DNA of 64,000 nt from Macrostomum lignano (taxonomy: Eukaryota), in NCBI GenBank assembly GCA_002269645.1, contig NIVC01003252.1:1-64000 (forward strand), given 5' to 3'. A program made the position numbers and the translations under genes. Shown here piece by piece: positions 39,348 to 52,472 of this stretch (its first letter is position 1; every line of letters begins with the position of its first letter). The notes under the pieces are model-generated. The model ran no database searches. It saw nothing but the letters and a program-made list of their open reading frames with translations, and was not told the DNA's origin.

Positions 39348-39750
39348 GTCAGTCAGTCAGTCAGTCAGTTACCCACTCACTCAGTCAGTCAGTCAGTCAG
39401 TCAGTCAGTCAGTCAGTCAGTCAGTCAGTCAGTCAGTCAGTCAGTCAGTCAGTCAGTCAGTCAGTCAGTCAGTCAGTCAGTCAGTCAGTCAGTCAGTCAG
39501 TCAGTCAGTCAGTCAGTCAGTCAGTCAGTCAGTCAGTCAGTCAGTCAGTCAGTCAGTCAGTCAGTCAGTCAGTCAGTCAGTCAGTCAGTCAGTCAGTCAG
39601 TCAGTCAGTCAGTCAGTCAGTCAGTCAGTCAGTCAGTCAGTCAGTCAGTCAGTCAGTCAGTCAGTCAGTCAGTCAGTCAGTCAGTCAGTCAGTCAGTCAG
39701 TCAGTCAGTCAGTCAGTCAGTCAGTCAGTCAGTCAGTCAGTCAGTCAGTC
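39348..39750. repeat. (TCAG)n microsatellite
   Basis: Near-perfect array of about 100 units. Confidence 0.98.
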
Positions 39751-41026
39751 TGACACCAGCACCAGAGAATGGCTTTTGAATGGCTTAACGATCAAACGAG
39801 AAATTCGAAAAGACGGTCTGCTTTTCCGGTAAAGAACAACGAATGAAAAGTTCTACGCTTTATCCGACCGGACGTAGCTTGGTTGCGGATTAAACCAGTT
39901 GTGCGCAGTGTTGTGCTCTGGTGCGTTGTGGGTGAGCCTTTGCTTAAGTCACGTTGGGCTTTGGCTGACCGTGAGGAATGCTGCACCCCAGCAAGGTAGC
40001 TCTGCAAGCCTAATTAATGTGCCCACGCTAGCATAAGCAGACGCGGAAATACAAAGCTAAGGCTAAGAACTGATTCGCTACTGCAGAACATAAAGCAAAC
40101 TTAGCAAGAATACCATGTAGGCGGCAACATCAGTATGGAGGCGGCTGGGGAGACGGCGGCGAACCTGGACGAAGACATCGCAAAGAAGGAGAAGGAGATC
40201 AGACAGTTGTGTCTTAGACCGGGAAGATAATTACAGTGAACTGCTTGATCGATTGTTGTCACAGAACAGGGCTAATGAACGGATGGAGTGTTCTCACAAA
40301 GCAAAGAGCAAGGCTCTTTCGATGTGTGATTTCATTGGCGGCTAGTGGTCGTGGTGGGCGAATCACTTAAAAAGAAGAGAAAACCTAATCCGGATTGCAT
40401 AACGGTAAATACAGTATATGGTAGGCAGTTGCAGACTAACGATGCAAATGATCAATGACGGTGTCCTGGTGACTAATAAGAATGGAATTGCTGATGCGAC
40501 TGATCTAATTAACTACCTACGCTACTTAATTAAGATAGTCGAACTGTTTGATGCTTTGGCAGCAACGCTTTGAAAAACCAATGGACAACAAGATCCTCAG
40601 AACCCCAGACGTGGAAGAGCTCTTACCTTTGTTAGGTTAACTTTAAGCAATTTAATCGCAGTACATGTAGTAGATATTTCCGTCCGGCTTCAAATTTCAG
40701 CATCTCTTCTGTATCTGTTGAGACCCACCCTGGGATCAATACAACAATTAGCAACTAGTGAATATTGAGGTCGACATGAATTATTACACCAAGAATGAAG
40801 TCAACACTGATATTGAAACACATCCAGACTGCTGATGATGCTATACGTGATGAAAGATTGACCATCCACTTCGAGTATTTCTAGTCTATTTTTTTTAAAC
40901 ACAACGTATTCCGTAAGCAAACTGGCTTGAAGTTAAAGGTAAACAAAAGCAGCGTAGAGCAGCCGTTACTCTTCTAAAAATCAATCAATCTTTTAACCTC
41001 GTTTATCAATCAGTAATGACGCGTCC

Positions 41027-41750
41027 TCAGGCGTGCACGAAGAGAGTCCAGTTGGGTCCGGTCAGGCTGGCTGGCGGGTAGGCGAACGCCAGCAGGCGGC
41101 AGTCGAGCAGCCGCTTGGAGAAGACGACGGACGGCCTGGCAGTCGGCTCTGGCGCTGCACTTGGCCAGACAGTCCATGACGGATGGGGCATCGGCCGGCC
41201 AGGACGATGTCTTGCTGTTCTCCAGAGTAAAGTTAGTATTCTCCAGTTTGCAGAAATTTTTTGTCTGAAGAAGATATTGTTTAAAAAACATCAGCAACTT
41301 TGAAAGGCAACTGCATAACCAAAGCAGCAACTTACTCTGGTAGGTCAGAGCGAACACAGAGTTGATGCTCGAGGCTCCGCACATCTGTAGCGGATTTCCC
41401 GTGCACTGCCTGTTGCACTGACTATCGCTGAGCTGTCCGTGGAGTCCATAGGAGGTGCTGCAGAAGCACTGCCGGCTGACCTGCACTCCAAAGTAAGGGA
41501 AGCCGCCCAGAGAACAGACGTTAGCACAGAACTCGTGTGACATGTTGCTGAGACTCTGAACTATGCCGGCTGAAGCGAAAACGGTGTTCGGCCCCAGCTT
41601 AGTCATTCCAAGTAGTCCGGTGTCAGGTCTCTGTTCGAGTTATCACCATCTTTGTAGCAACCGAAGTAGGAGATCTTCACCATCCGGCCAGCTGCACAGA
41701 ACAAGGGAGCGCACAGCAATCCCGACTACCAAGAAAATACGCGTTGACAA
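41027..41750 (-). pseudogene. WSC + PAN/Apple paralog D with at least 4 frameshifts (pseudogene or unpolished assembly)
   Basis: Reconstructable as RIFLVVG-LLCAPLFCAAGRMVKISYFGCY...RDL-TGLLGMTKL...FCANVCSLGGFPYFGVQVSRQCFC...QCNRQCTGNPLQMCG...TYQ, donor at 41335, exon 2 from 41264, stop at 41027-41029. Indels at about 41722, 41624, 41258 and 41130; the start reads TTG. Confidence 0.75.
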
Positions 41751-42244
41751 TTTTACAGTATCTAAACTTATGTTTACAGCAAGTTTTTTTTTTAACCATT
41801 TCAGACGTCCGTGAAACTTTTAAAGCTTCTCCGGGTGAGCAGAGATTTTCCGCAGTTTTCTATCCAATCAGATTAGATCTAGAAAACATAGGCAGTCTAT
41901 AGAAGGATACAAATGAACAACTACTCGCTCGGCAAGCTTTTTCACCTTAAGGGCCAGATAAAGAATCCAGCTAATGGATGCAGACCAGATAAGAGTGGAA
42001 AGGCGACGGAATAGAAAATTAGAGACGAGGTAAGCGAGGAGAAGCGAGAGGTGGGATGAGAGAAAAGATGGATGATAAGAGGAAAAAGGGAGAGAAAAGA
42101 GATGAAAGATGGGAGAGGAGAGGGGAGAGAGAGGAGAAGAGGGTAGAGAGGAGAAATGAGATTTGTACTTTTGTACCTTTGTACACTCTCATGCATATGA
42201 ATAATAATACGTAAGCATTATTAACAAATGCTGTTTTTATGATC

Positions 42245-42410
42245 ATGATTACACCTGGCCTAATTGGGCAAGATGTGCAACCGACAGCTCAGCAGCATCT
42301 GAAGGCTGCGTAAGGCTCGTCAGTCCAAGGACTGGGGGATCGCCACACACACCCTCAATTACCCCGGCTAATGCTGGCGCGGCACCCATTTTACAGATAG
42401 GTGAACTGAG
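42245..42410 (-). mobile_element. 3' fragment of the CORE-like SINE
   Basis: Matches 18680-18850 (GGCCAGATGTGCAACCGACAGCTCAGC...CCATTTTACAG). Confidence 0.75.
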
Positions 42411-43384
42411 TCTTGCTGATGTGTTCCTTATTACCAGTCCTCAACTGTAACCAAGGAACAATCACTTCTAGCTCGGTAGCTAGGCAACCCAGTAAGTCAA
42501 CAGAAGGTATTTAAATACCTTGAGTCCTTATGAGATATCTCTTCAATGTGGATCTCGTGTAGATCTCGTCTGTAGTTCCTTTTGTGAGTATCAGTTGATC
42601 TGATAGATCAGGCGCCTTGGTTCTTCAGTTGCTCTGGTCTTGGTTCCTCTTGTACTTCCGATGAAGTTGTTCCGGCCGGTATCTGTCGTTCGGACCAATA
42701 GGAAGCTTCCAAATTAACAATGGGTACCCTGCGCCAAACTGCGGTATCGTCTAAGCCTTCTCCTTCTAGCAGTGCCTCTATGCACTCTAGGAATAGGTCC
42801 GGAAACCACTGATAGTCTTCTAAGATCTATCAGGGGCAGTCCTTCTGGAGACTGCAACCAGTGGAGTCTAACTAGACTCAAGAGTCTCAACAGACTCAAA
42901 TAAACTCAAGTCACACTAGACTAGAGCGAGACGTCTCAACCAACGGGCGCAAATGAGTAAGGCTTACCGCAATAACTCGACCGAGCTTCGAGTTTCTTCA
43001 GGAAGTCTGCTGCAGCTTCCTCTTCGGAGCTTTCTCTTCGTAGAACTTGTTGGCTTCGGGTCCGTTCCGGACCACTTGTATTTATAGGCGCACAAGCTGT
43101 TGAAACCCGCGGATTTTGAACCCGGGGAATTCCAATCCCCGGAACTACTTTTGCATGTATTCTGAAATCTAAGGTCATACACAAACAAAAACTTGTTAAT
43201 AGTTAGTAGGATAGAGGTAGACATAAAATGGAGCACATTCGTGTAAAATTAGGGTTTGAGACATTGTTGGCTGGGGTACTGTGCAGAATGTCAGGCAATG
43301 TCTGTCTGACTCTAAAACATGTATTGGCAAACCCTGGCCTCTCCCTGACTCCCCCTATGTCCCTTGGATCCTTTAAAATTTCTA

Positions 43385-44073
43385 TAGTCTCTTCTGTTTC
43401 CTCTCTTCTCTCTCGTCCCTCGTCTCTCCTCTCTCTTCTCTCCTCTCTTCTCTCATATCTTCCCTCATCTCTCTTCTCTTTCATCTCTCTTATCTCTTGT
43501 CTCTTCTCTCTACTCTTTCCTCTCTCTCTCCTCTCTACTTTTCGTTTTCTCTCTTCTCTCCTCTCTCCTGTCTCCTCTCTACTTTTCGTTTTCTCTCTCC
43601 TCTCCTCTCTCCTCTCTACTCTTTCCTTTTCTCTCTCCTCTCCTCTCTCCTATCTTCTTTCGTTTCTTCCCTCATCTCTCTTCTCTTTCATATCTCTTAT
43701 CTCATCTCTTCCCTTTCGTTTTCTCTCTTCTTCTCTCTCCTCTCTCCCCCTCTTCTCTCGTCTCTTCCTTCTCCTCTCTATTCTTTTCTCTCTTCTCTTA
43801 ACTCTCTCCTCTCTCCTCTCTACTCTTTCCTCTCTCTCTCCTTTCTCCCCTCTTCTATCGTCTCTTCTCTCACCTCTTTCCTCTCTCTCTTTCCTCTCAT
43901 TTCTTTTCTTGTTTTATCTCTTCTCTCTCCCCTCGTCGCTCGTCTCTTCCCTCACCTCTCTTCTCTCTTGTCTGCGTTTTTATCTCTCCTTTCTCTTCTT
44001 TTATCTTTTCTCTCTTATCTCTTCTCGTTTCTCTCTGCTCTGCGCTCTCTCTATCTCTCTGTCTCTCTTTCTC

Positions 44074-44136
<63 letters not shown>

Positions 44137-44900
44137 TCTCCTCTCCCATCTCTCTTCTCCTCTCTACTCTCTCCCCTCTTCATTCTCCTATTTCCTCTTC
44201 TCTCTCCCTGTCTCTCCTCTCTCCTCTAGTCTCTGTAATCTCTTCTCTCTTATCTCTCCTCTGTTCTCTCTACTCTCCCATCTCTCGTCTGTTCACCCTC
44301 ATCTCTGCTCTCTCATCTGTCATCTTTACTCTCTAATACGTTCTCTCACTTATTTCCTCTGTACTCTTCTCTTTCACCTCTTCAGACTCCTCTCTTTCCT
44401 TACTCCTCTCTTCTTTTCTCTTCCCTCTTCTATACTCTCTCTCCTCTATTATCTTCTCTCGTCTCTCTGCACTCTCCTCTCACCTTTTTCATCTCTCATC
44501 TCTCCTTTCATTTGTCTCATCTCTACAATCTCATCTCTCCTTTCTCCCCTCTTCTTACACCCCTCTCTTATCTCTATCTCTTCTCTTCTCACTCCTCTCT
44601 CCCCCTCTTATCTCCTCTCTTCTCTATCCTTTCTACTCTCTCCTCTCCTCTTGACCCTCTGTCATCTTCTTTCTGCTCTCTCATCTCTACTCTCTTCTCA
44701 CTCTTCTCTACTCTCCTCTCGTCGATCCTCTGTCTCATCTCTCCCCTCTTCTCACCTTTACTCTTTCCTCTCCCTCCTTTCTCCCCTCCTCTCGCTTCTT
44801 CCTCCCTTCTTCTCTGCTCTCTCCTCATCACTTGTCTCTCCTCTTATCTTCGATTTTTTCTCTTATCCCCCTCTCGCCTCTCCTCTCTTCTAATAGTCTA
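43385..44900. repeat. About 1.5-kb degenerate CT-rich polypyrimidine tract
   Basis: Almost entirely C/T on the plus strand; source of the spurious L/S-rich ORFs. Confidence 0.95.
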
Positions 44901-46364
44901 TTCCTTCTCCTTTCCACTCTCATCTGGCCCGCACATAAGCTGGATTCTTTATCTGGCTTTTGAAGTAAAAGTCTGCCGATCCCTGCTTCGAAAGCCAGTT
45001 TGTGGGACGTACTACTCTGATAGTTGTTCTCATGCTTTGATCACGTCATCTTTCTTGCCAATTTGCAGCCCTGAAAGGAATTTGTGTATCTTCAGCTCCA
45101 CTGCAGTCTGCATCAGTCTAACAACCAAGGAAATACGCATTTCTTAGGCCATTTAAATTTCAAAGTACTTTTAAGAGAAACTTAAAATTTCAATGGTGTG
45201 CCTAATTTAGTAGGGTTGTATTTCATTGCATCGCATCGCCTTTTCATAAATCTTTCGCTTTTACAAACCATGCTGGATTGCCTCGATTTGCCAATTGCCA
45301 TCCACTGTTAAACTGCTGCAGAGTTTGCCTATACAGAGGGCAGGGCAGTGGTTAGAATTTCTCACTAAACTGTTATGGCTAAACGTAGCCTCTCCACTCT
45401 CGGGGTGCGAGATTGCGAGAAGGCTATAAATAAATTTATTCCAAAACACTTTACATTTGCTATGTACATTCAGTCCTATCGCCTGACCCTTCGTCTGGCT
45501 CTGGGGGAATGAGTGAGTGAGTGGCACAAACAACAGAAAAAGCAGACAAACTTCTTACAGTCCTTACTGTAAGTTCTTACTTCTTACAGTTTCTTTTTCG
45601 GTTGAGTTACAGAGTTGAAACTTTACATTTAGATAGAGAATGGGTCAATGAAGAATTGTGTCAAGTTTGAAGTCAATCGCTTCACGTGGAGCAAACTTAT
45701 GGCAGCTGAAAGTTAGTCAATTTTGAAACCCTTTTACACATCTGGGCCCAGATCGGGAAAGAGAAGCAGGCGGGCGGAGGTTGGGGTGGTTGCTACGCTG
45801 AAAAAAACAGCCTAAGTTTAAAAGTGCACAGCGCCGTTTAGGATTAACCTTGAGACTCGAAATTTTACACAATTATGTCAAAATAGTTGAAAATTGTCTG
45901 TGTCAAATTTGAAGAGAATCAGTAGAAGTGGAGCGGCGCTATGGAGGATTAAGTGAAAAAATCGCGCATTTTGAGCTGTTTTTGCACTTTTAGGTGGGAA
46001 GACTCAAATTTAGGAAATTTTAAGGTAGCCTATGACACTTTCCGTAGTGAATTTAGAGTGGGTGCAAAATTTGGTGTAATTTGGTTGAGCGGTTTGGGAG
46101 TCTATAGCGAAGATTTTTGTACACAGACAGACACACACACAGAGTTTTGATTTTTATAGTTAGAGATTTTCAGTCCAAAATAGCAGCATTACAACTCACG
46201 TGTTGCGCTAAAAGGGGAACATGGCTCATGGCGTATTTTTCTGGTAAAATATTTTTTCTGGTAACATGATTCATTTAAGATTTAGGTGCGCATGCGTGTA
46301 CTTGCTTACTTACAGTAGCATCCTACGATTAACTTCCTTTTCCTTTTTACGGGAGGTTGAACAC

Positions 46365-46465
46365 TCTACATTGCTCAATAACACAAATTGTTCCAGTGGG
46401 ATTGAAAATAGAACCCCGGACCTTCGAAGCGCGAGTCGAACGCTCTGACCAATAGGCTACAGACT
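46365..46465 (-). mobile_element. 5' (tRNA-head) fragment of the same SINE
   Basis: Reverse complement GTAGCCTATTGGTCAGAGCGTTCGACTCGCGCTTCGAAGGTCCGGGG...ATCCCACTGGAACAATTTGTG matches 10405-10490. Confidence 0.7.
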
Positions 46466-47418
46466 TCATTAACAAAGTTGCATTAGTAAACTTACATACT
46501 GAGCACAGCGCAGCTGATTTTCTCATTTATCAGACAGTGTAGACACTGTGAATTGATAAGCAAACCCGATCAGAACCAATGCATAAACCCTCAATTCATG
46601 GCCCCATGGTTACTAGAATCCTTGGGTCTTTGGAAGGAGAGTCGCTGGTGCTACTCATTTCTTGTATTTGTGCATAGCCAGACAGTAATAAAATGGCACA
46701 AGATAGCTTAAAAACCTTGCTTTAAGCTTGCAGTCCTAAGTATGAATCCAGGAGTTGTCCTAGAAAAATGCAGCTGAAAATTATACTTGAGAATTCAGCA
46801 ATTCAACGATGGTTGAAAACATACCGTTTCTTCTATCTGCTAAGATGCAAAACTTTTGGTCTTACCAGCTCCGGGCAGCAAAGCTGTCTTCATTGTTGCG
46901 AAAGTTTGAAAATTCTCAGCTATTCAAAAACTTAAAAAATGGAGGAAAAGCAGCAGTCTTGAGGATAGAAAAAGTTGAGTATAGGTAATTTTTAAAGGTT
47001 CAACAACTTTTTTACAGCTCCTGAACTCTCGCCCCTTCTTGTACCATCAATGAGCCAACTTCTTAGCTGAGTTCTCTGCAGCAGTCATTGTTCGATTGTT
47101 TCTCGAAGCTGCTAGCTTTACCTCTCTTCAAAGCATCTCTATCAAGCCGAAAAAGTTTAATCCCACTAGCAATTTTTATTTCTAAAATGCAATTAGCTGT
47201 TGGTTTGCGAGGATACCCTACATTTCAGAACAATGTCTTGTTACACTACCTGCTGTGCGAACTAGGCATGATACTGTTGCGCAGTCTACTCACTCGACAG
47301 TTCCTCAACCATCGCGGCCTCCACACAATAAAACATCCATATACTAAAAATGGTGCTAATCTTGCTTGAAGACTATTCATTGTTTTTCCTGTTTCAAGCT
47401 GAGTGAGACATTAAAAAG

Positions 47419-47790
47419 GTTCTTCTTGTTTTGTTTGCTCTGATTGTAAATTATGGTGAGTTTCTAACATTCTCTAGACTCTTCTCATCAGTAAAGGTGA
47501 AGTGACGTTGTGTGCCACCTTCGGCCAGCATTGTTTCAGTTCTCGGTGCAGCTGGATAATTTCTTTATCGAATATGGCAACTGCATCGAATAGGGCGACA
47601 TGTGGATGGGTGAGGTCAAAATTCTTTCAGCGCTCAAACTCTGTACCCAATACCGTTCAGCAAAGATTTTTTACACATTGAATATAAAATTTATTTCAGA
47701 TGGCAGCAGCGTTTAGCGTTCAAGTGACGCCATTCAGTGACTCGACTACTCGACAAGTAGTATTTTCGCAACTGTACTTTTCAGTAAATT
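47419..47790 (+). pseudogene. Decayed paralog of the 34.9-kb knottin gene (no start codon, cysteine core deleted)
   Basis: Shares TTCTTG..TTGTTTGCTCTGATTGT, the donor ATG|GTGAGTTTCTAACATT, acceptor TTGTTTCAG, GCAGCTGG, terminal GGC AAC TGC ATC GAA TAG (47591-47593) and the 3' UTR with 34930-35360. Confidence 0.8.
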
Positions 47791-48948
47791 CCTAACTTAT
47801 ACCGTATTAGTAAAGGAGAGCTAGACAAAAGACAGTCGAATCTGGAATGTTTAAAAAAAGGCTAGAGGATGCCCTATGGGTGAACATTATTCCCTCCTGT
47901 AATTGTTGCAACTAATTAGACAGGAATAAAAAAGTACATACCGGTATATTAGCGAGAAAAATTAAACGTGGGCAAACCTAGCAGCCACAAAAGGTCTAAA
48001 TGTGCACCCCGCCCCCCTCCCGCACACTGAAGGTGGTTAGCACTCGCGGGATCGTGCAAACCGATGCATACTATGTTATGTTCCTGTCGTGTTCAGCTGT
48101 TATGCTCGGTTCTTTACTCTCCTTCGTAGCTGAACTCTTCTAAGGCTCAACTGCAGGGACTCTAGAGCAGTCAGCGTGGATTTCTCCGTTTACGGCTGCT
48201 TCTGTCGCCACCGCTTCCTTCAGGGCCAGGTACCTGAGGAACGATTCATTTTTTGTTGCTCAGACAGTCAGAATACTACTTTTACTTGTAGGATACCATA
48301 GTCATTGGCCTACAAAACTATTTTAACGTCTACTCACCTACAAGTAAATTATATTTATGTGGAATATAATGCTTGGCCACCTGAAGCAGCAGGGTTTAAT
48401 AGTCGAATCGTTGCTTGTTGCGCACGTCATGCTCTGTGTGGTTAAAGGATGAAGCTGGTGAGTTCTTCAGCTAGCTATAGCAATTCTTGGCTTCCCATTG
48501 TGTACAGCTTAACGACACAACCGATGGTAGCATTCTGATGAAAATGTCTTTCTGACTTTCATGAAATGCATCGAAGAAGCCTTACCGTGACATCGCAACA
48601 ACTAGTGGAACGGACGCGCCAAAGTGCCTCCACTTGAGGTTGGCTATCAGCACAATGAGCGCTGATAAGCCCATCTCTAAGAACGTGACCAAGCGTGTCT
48701 ATGGGAAAAATCATTTTACGCTATGCCTGATATTTTCCCTACGAAGGTATGCATCATGGCTCGTTTATTGGCACGAGAAACTGCTAAGCGACTTGAACCG
48801 TTGCTTGTAAATGTATTCGCTTGACTCCCTTGATTCACTTGTGCATTAAACTGCATCCTAGTTACAGCACTTTTGTGAACTCCTTCTTGTAGCCAAATTA
48901 CCTGCAAAAGCATTCATTGTTAAATGATACAAACAAGCTAGGAAGCTT

Positions 48949-51039
48949 GACTTACTTACTTGACTTAGCTGCAGGGGGCTCCGTGCGTCCGGAAACAGCG
49001 AGGGGGCGTTGCCGCCCATTTCGCTAACCCCTGGCAACCACGGGCAGCTAGTGCTGCGGTGTCGCGCAGGGAGTTCCGGTGGCGCCGGCGTCCGCAGCGC
49101 GGTCCCCTTCCGGAGAGTCCAGGAGGGGATTGTCGCTCGCCCGGTAGCCCTTAGGTAGCGGACGAGCTGGCAGAGATTCTCGGGCCTGAAAACGTCGGAG
49201 AGGTCCGGGTTTGGGCCGAGGTAGGTGAGCCTGTCCTGAGTAAAGGCGGGGCATTCACAGATGAAGTGCTCCGCATTCTCGACACCGGAGAGGCAGAAAG
49301 GGCATTCCTCACTGCGGATTTTCTCCTGGAGGTAACGATGCCTGGCAAAGCAGCCATGACCCGAGAGGGCCATGGTAACCGCCCTGATGTCCCTGCGGTT
49401 GAGTCCAAGCAGGGCCCTGCGTAGGGCGGAGGAGGGACAGGGGACAGCCGCGCAGGATTGCTGGCAGTCGGGGGCGTTAGCCTACCTATCCCTGTGCTTA
49501 GAAGCCACCCACTGGTTGATCCGAGTGGTGACAAGGGCGATGGGGGTGGGGGCCACGGGCAGGGGACCAGTGAAAGAACCGGTCGAGCCAGCCTTGGCCA
49601 GGCGATCGGCCAGCTCGTTGCCGGGGTGGCCCGAATGCCCGGGGATCCACCTTAGGGACACCTTGTTGGAGGCGCCTAAGCGGTTGAGCTGCCCGATGCA
49701 GCCGAGGACTGTATGCGAGCAGGTGGTGGTGCGCTCAAGGGCGTGAATCGCCGCTTGACTGTCCGAGTGGAGGGTAACTTCCTTCCCCCAGACGCGCTGA
49801 ATGTACAGCTCCATGGCGCAGGAGCTGATGGCGAGAACTTCGTTCTGGAAGACGGTGGAGCAGGTGCCGGTGTGTTGGGAGAAGGTCGCCACAGTTCTCC
49901 TTCCAGACACGATGCAGTAGCCGTATCCAGAGGCGGAGTTGATTTGGGACCCGTCAGTGAAGCAGTGGATTTCATGGGGTTTCCAGTTGTCTCTCGCTTC
50001 ATGGCGTGGTGGAATGCTTGTTTTGAATTTGAGCGGGGGCAGAGCGTGGACGGGATTCCGTCCGAGAGGGTCAGCAGGCCTCTCGCTGCTTCCAGGTCTC
50101 GCAGGCTGAGGTCGCCATGCGGCCGGAGGTTCCGCTTTCTGAAGGCAAACTGCTTCTGGATTTGGACACCCGCGTCAAGCAGACGACATGTGGTTTTCAT
50201 TGCCTCCCCTCTAACAAAGAGGTCGAGGGGGGAATGTCCAAGAAGGAGTTCATGCCAGCGAAGGGCGTTGAGGGAGCCGCGCTCATGATAGCTCGACAAG
50301 CGCGGCCTTGCACCCTATTTAAAACCTCAAGAACCCCTTTCACCTCTAGGGCACTGTTCCAAATGAAGCCGGCGAAGGAGATGGCCGGTCTAACAATGGC
50401 AGTGTAAATCCACCAGAGGCGGCGGGGGGTGAGGCCCCAGGTAGCACCGAAAGCTCTGCGAATCTGCGCGAGAGTCGCGAGAGCTTTGCGGGCCTTGGTT
50501 TGGACGTGCGGGTTCCAGCTCAACCTGTGGTCGAGGGTGACGCCCAGACATCTAGTTTTTTTCTCCATGGCAACAGGTTTGCCAAAGAGGGAGAGCGGTT
50601 CGATCCTCCAGTTTCGGCGGCTGGTGAACATGATAGCCACGGTTTTAGACTCAGAGAACCTGAGACCGCAGCTTTGTGCCCAGCGCTCGGCACGGTGGAT
50701 GAAGGCTTGAAGGAGGTCCCTGAGGACCGCGGGCGATGGTCCAGTCACAGTGGCGGTAACATCGTCCGCATAGCCGACCTTCTGAACAGGGTCCGGATGC
50801 GGGCTGCAAAGCAGCTCGTCCATGACTAAGTTCCAGAGGATCGGGCTGAGGACTCCACGTTGCGGTCCGCCTTTCTGGACTTCCACGGAGCGTGAGTGTG
50901 CCAGGAGGTGCGAGGTGGCAGTACGATGGGAGACCATGTACATAATCCAGCGGGTGAGGTGCTCGTGCGTGCCCCGGGATTCCAGGGCTCGCTTAAAGGC
51001 TTCAAAGAGCACATTGTTGAAAGCACCAATGTAAGCACC
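48949..51039 (-). mobile_element. 5'-truncated non-LTR retrotransposon with RT + RNase H + C-terminal CCHC knuckle (LOA/Lian-like), inactive
   Basis: RT motifs GAFNNV, PQRGVLSPILWNLVMD, GYADD and RCLGVTLD; RNase H CFTDGS, LHSDSQAA and WIPGHSGHPGNELADRLAK; CPFC...[10 protein letters not shown]. (TAAG)-type 3' tail and exact 13-bp TSD AGCTAGGAAGCTT at 48936-48948 and 51040-51052. Frameshifts near 50230 and 50038, and an in-frame TAG at 49482. Confidence 0.93.
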
Positions 51040-51534
51040 AGCTAGGAAGCTTAGATGGCTTCTAAGAAGTGATTCGAATGCTTATGGCTTTTGGACGAAT
51101 GGACGAAACAACTAGTATCTAGTAAAAAAATTAGAGAACGCTACATGTATCTATAAGATAGCCTGCTTAAAGAAGTTTTCAAATCATCATTGCGGAAGGT
51201 AGGGCTTGAGGAAGTCGCCATAGTGACAAGATAAAAAGAGCTTTGGAGAGACAAAACTTGTCCCAAAAAACACCTTGAATATAAAAATATCCGGATGCCA
51301 GGGAAAAGAAACAATTAAACAAAGGAAAACTCTAAAAGAATATCGGTGCTTCCTTTCACACGCTACTCTTCTGTAGGCGATCACAAATGCCCCATGGAGG
51401 TGAAACCTCAGCCAATCCTTGCACAGCATTGGTAGGCGATTCTTCCATTATTGGCTTCTTCCAACTAATATACTCGCAATAAGAAGAACCTTTTCAGCAA
51501 CTGTTTGTTTAGTCACTCTCAGGAATTTTTCCCA

Positions 51535-52361
51535 ATGCTGAAACTCTGCGCTCTGTTGCTCTGCTGGGCATTTGGCTCCGGACGCAGCGCCGCTGCTGCG
51601 GTGCCGCCTCAACCGCTGGAGTTTCGCCACCTCGGCTGCTACGTGGATGGCGCTGATGGCAACCGAGATCTTGCAGGACTGGAGGGTGTCGAAAATTTTG
51701 GAGAGTTTGAGACTCACCCACTCGCCCCAGCATTTGGTTACGATAGCGCCAAGATGACATTGGAAATGTGCAGCCAGATGTGCTCTTACGGCCGATTTCG
51801 CTACTTTGGAGTTCAGCATCATAAGTTCTGCTGCTGCGGCTCGGCCTACGGATCGAACGGCATCGCACCAGCTGGCAACTGCAGCTCAAATTGCAACGGA
51901 AACTCGTCTCTGATTTGCGGTGGAGCTTCAAGAAATTCCATCTACGAATTGACTTACTCACCAAGTAAGCGTTTCGGATTAACGCAGCTCGTAGCGCGCA
52001 AACGCAGGTTATGTGAATTTAGCGAAGGACGACCTAAGAAATGAGTTTTTTAACCAACAATATTCGAATACATTTGACCCATTAGGATAAAAATGTTTTC
52101 ATCCACATTTCCGCAGTCGATCCGGTGATGCCGAAACTGCCAGTGACGTCTCTGCCGAACATCACAACCTCCGCAAGCTCCATCACTCACCGCAGCATTG
52201 CAACCAGCAGTGCAGTTGAATGCGCCACCCTCTGCCACGGCAGCCCGGACTGTCAGGGCTGCGCCTTCGTGCCTTCGAGTCGCATGTGCCGCCTGCTGAG
52301 ATTCGCCGCTGTGCCCGCTGAGCTGGCCAGCGACGCTGAGGGGGTCTGGATGAAGCTGTGA
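51535..52361 (+). CDS. Secreted WSC + PAN/Apple protein B (intact; closest paralog of A)
   Basis: Exon 1 51535-51964 (cca a|gtaagc): MLKLCALLLCWAFG..., WSC HLGCYVDG...MTLEMCSQMC...FRYFGVQ...CCC...NCSSNCNG...CGG..RNSIY. Exon 2 52117-52361: CATLCHGSPDCQGCAFVPSSRMCRLL...GVWMKL*. Confidence 0.9.
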
Positions 52362-52472
52362 GGCTGAGTGGGTCTGGATGAAGCTGTGAGACGTAGTGGG
52401 TCTGGATGAAGCTGTGAGACTGAGTGGGTCTGGATGAAGCTGTGAGGCTGAGTGACCGGTGGGATGAAGCTC
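52334..52472. repeat. 28-bp repeat spanning the stop codon of gene B, about 5 units
   Basis: Same unit as 22795-23440. Confidence 0.9.

Noticed and set aside
41739-41750. A second ACG start (gene D), suggesting family-wide non-AUG initiation
   Set aside because: Alignment to gene E places the start at AAAATTGTCA, best explained as ATG plus one extra T in a copy full of single-base indels; genes A, B and E use ATG.
43228-45147. 333-, 279- and 211-aa L/S-rich, membrane-like ORFs
   Set aside because: Translations of the CT-rich tract.
48066-48240. Hydrophobic stretch plus FSVYGCFC, reminiscent of a secreted PLA2 or WSC start
   Set aside because: Interrupted by stops, no consistent splice model, and no further family motifs.
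49372-51034. Plus-strand ORFs of 93-191 aa
   Set aside because: Antisense shadows of the GC-rich LINE coding sequence.
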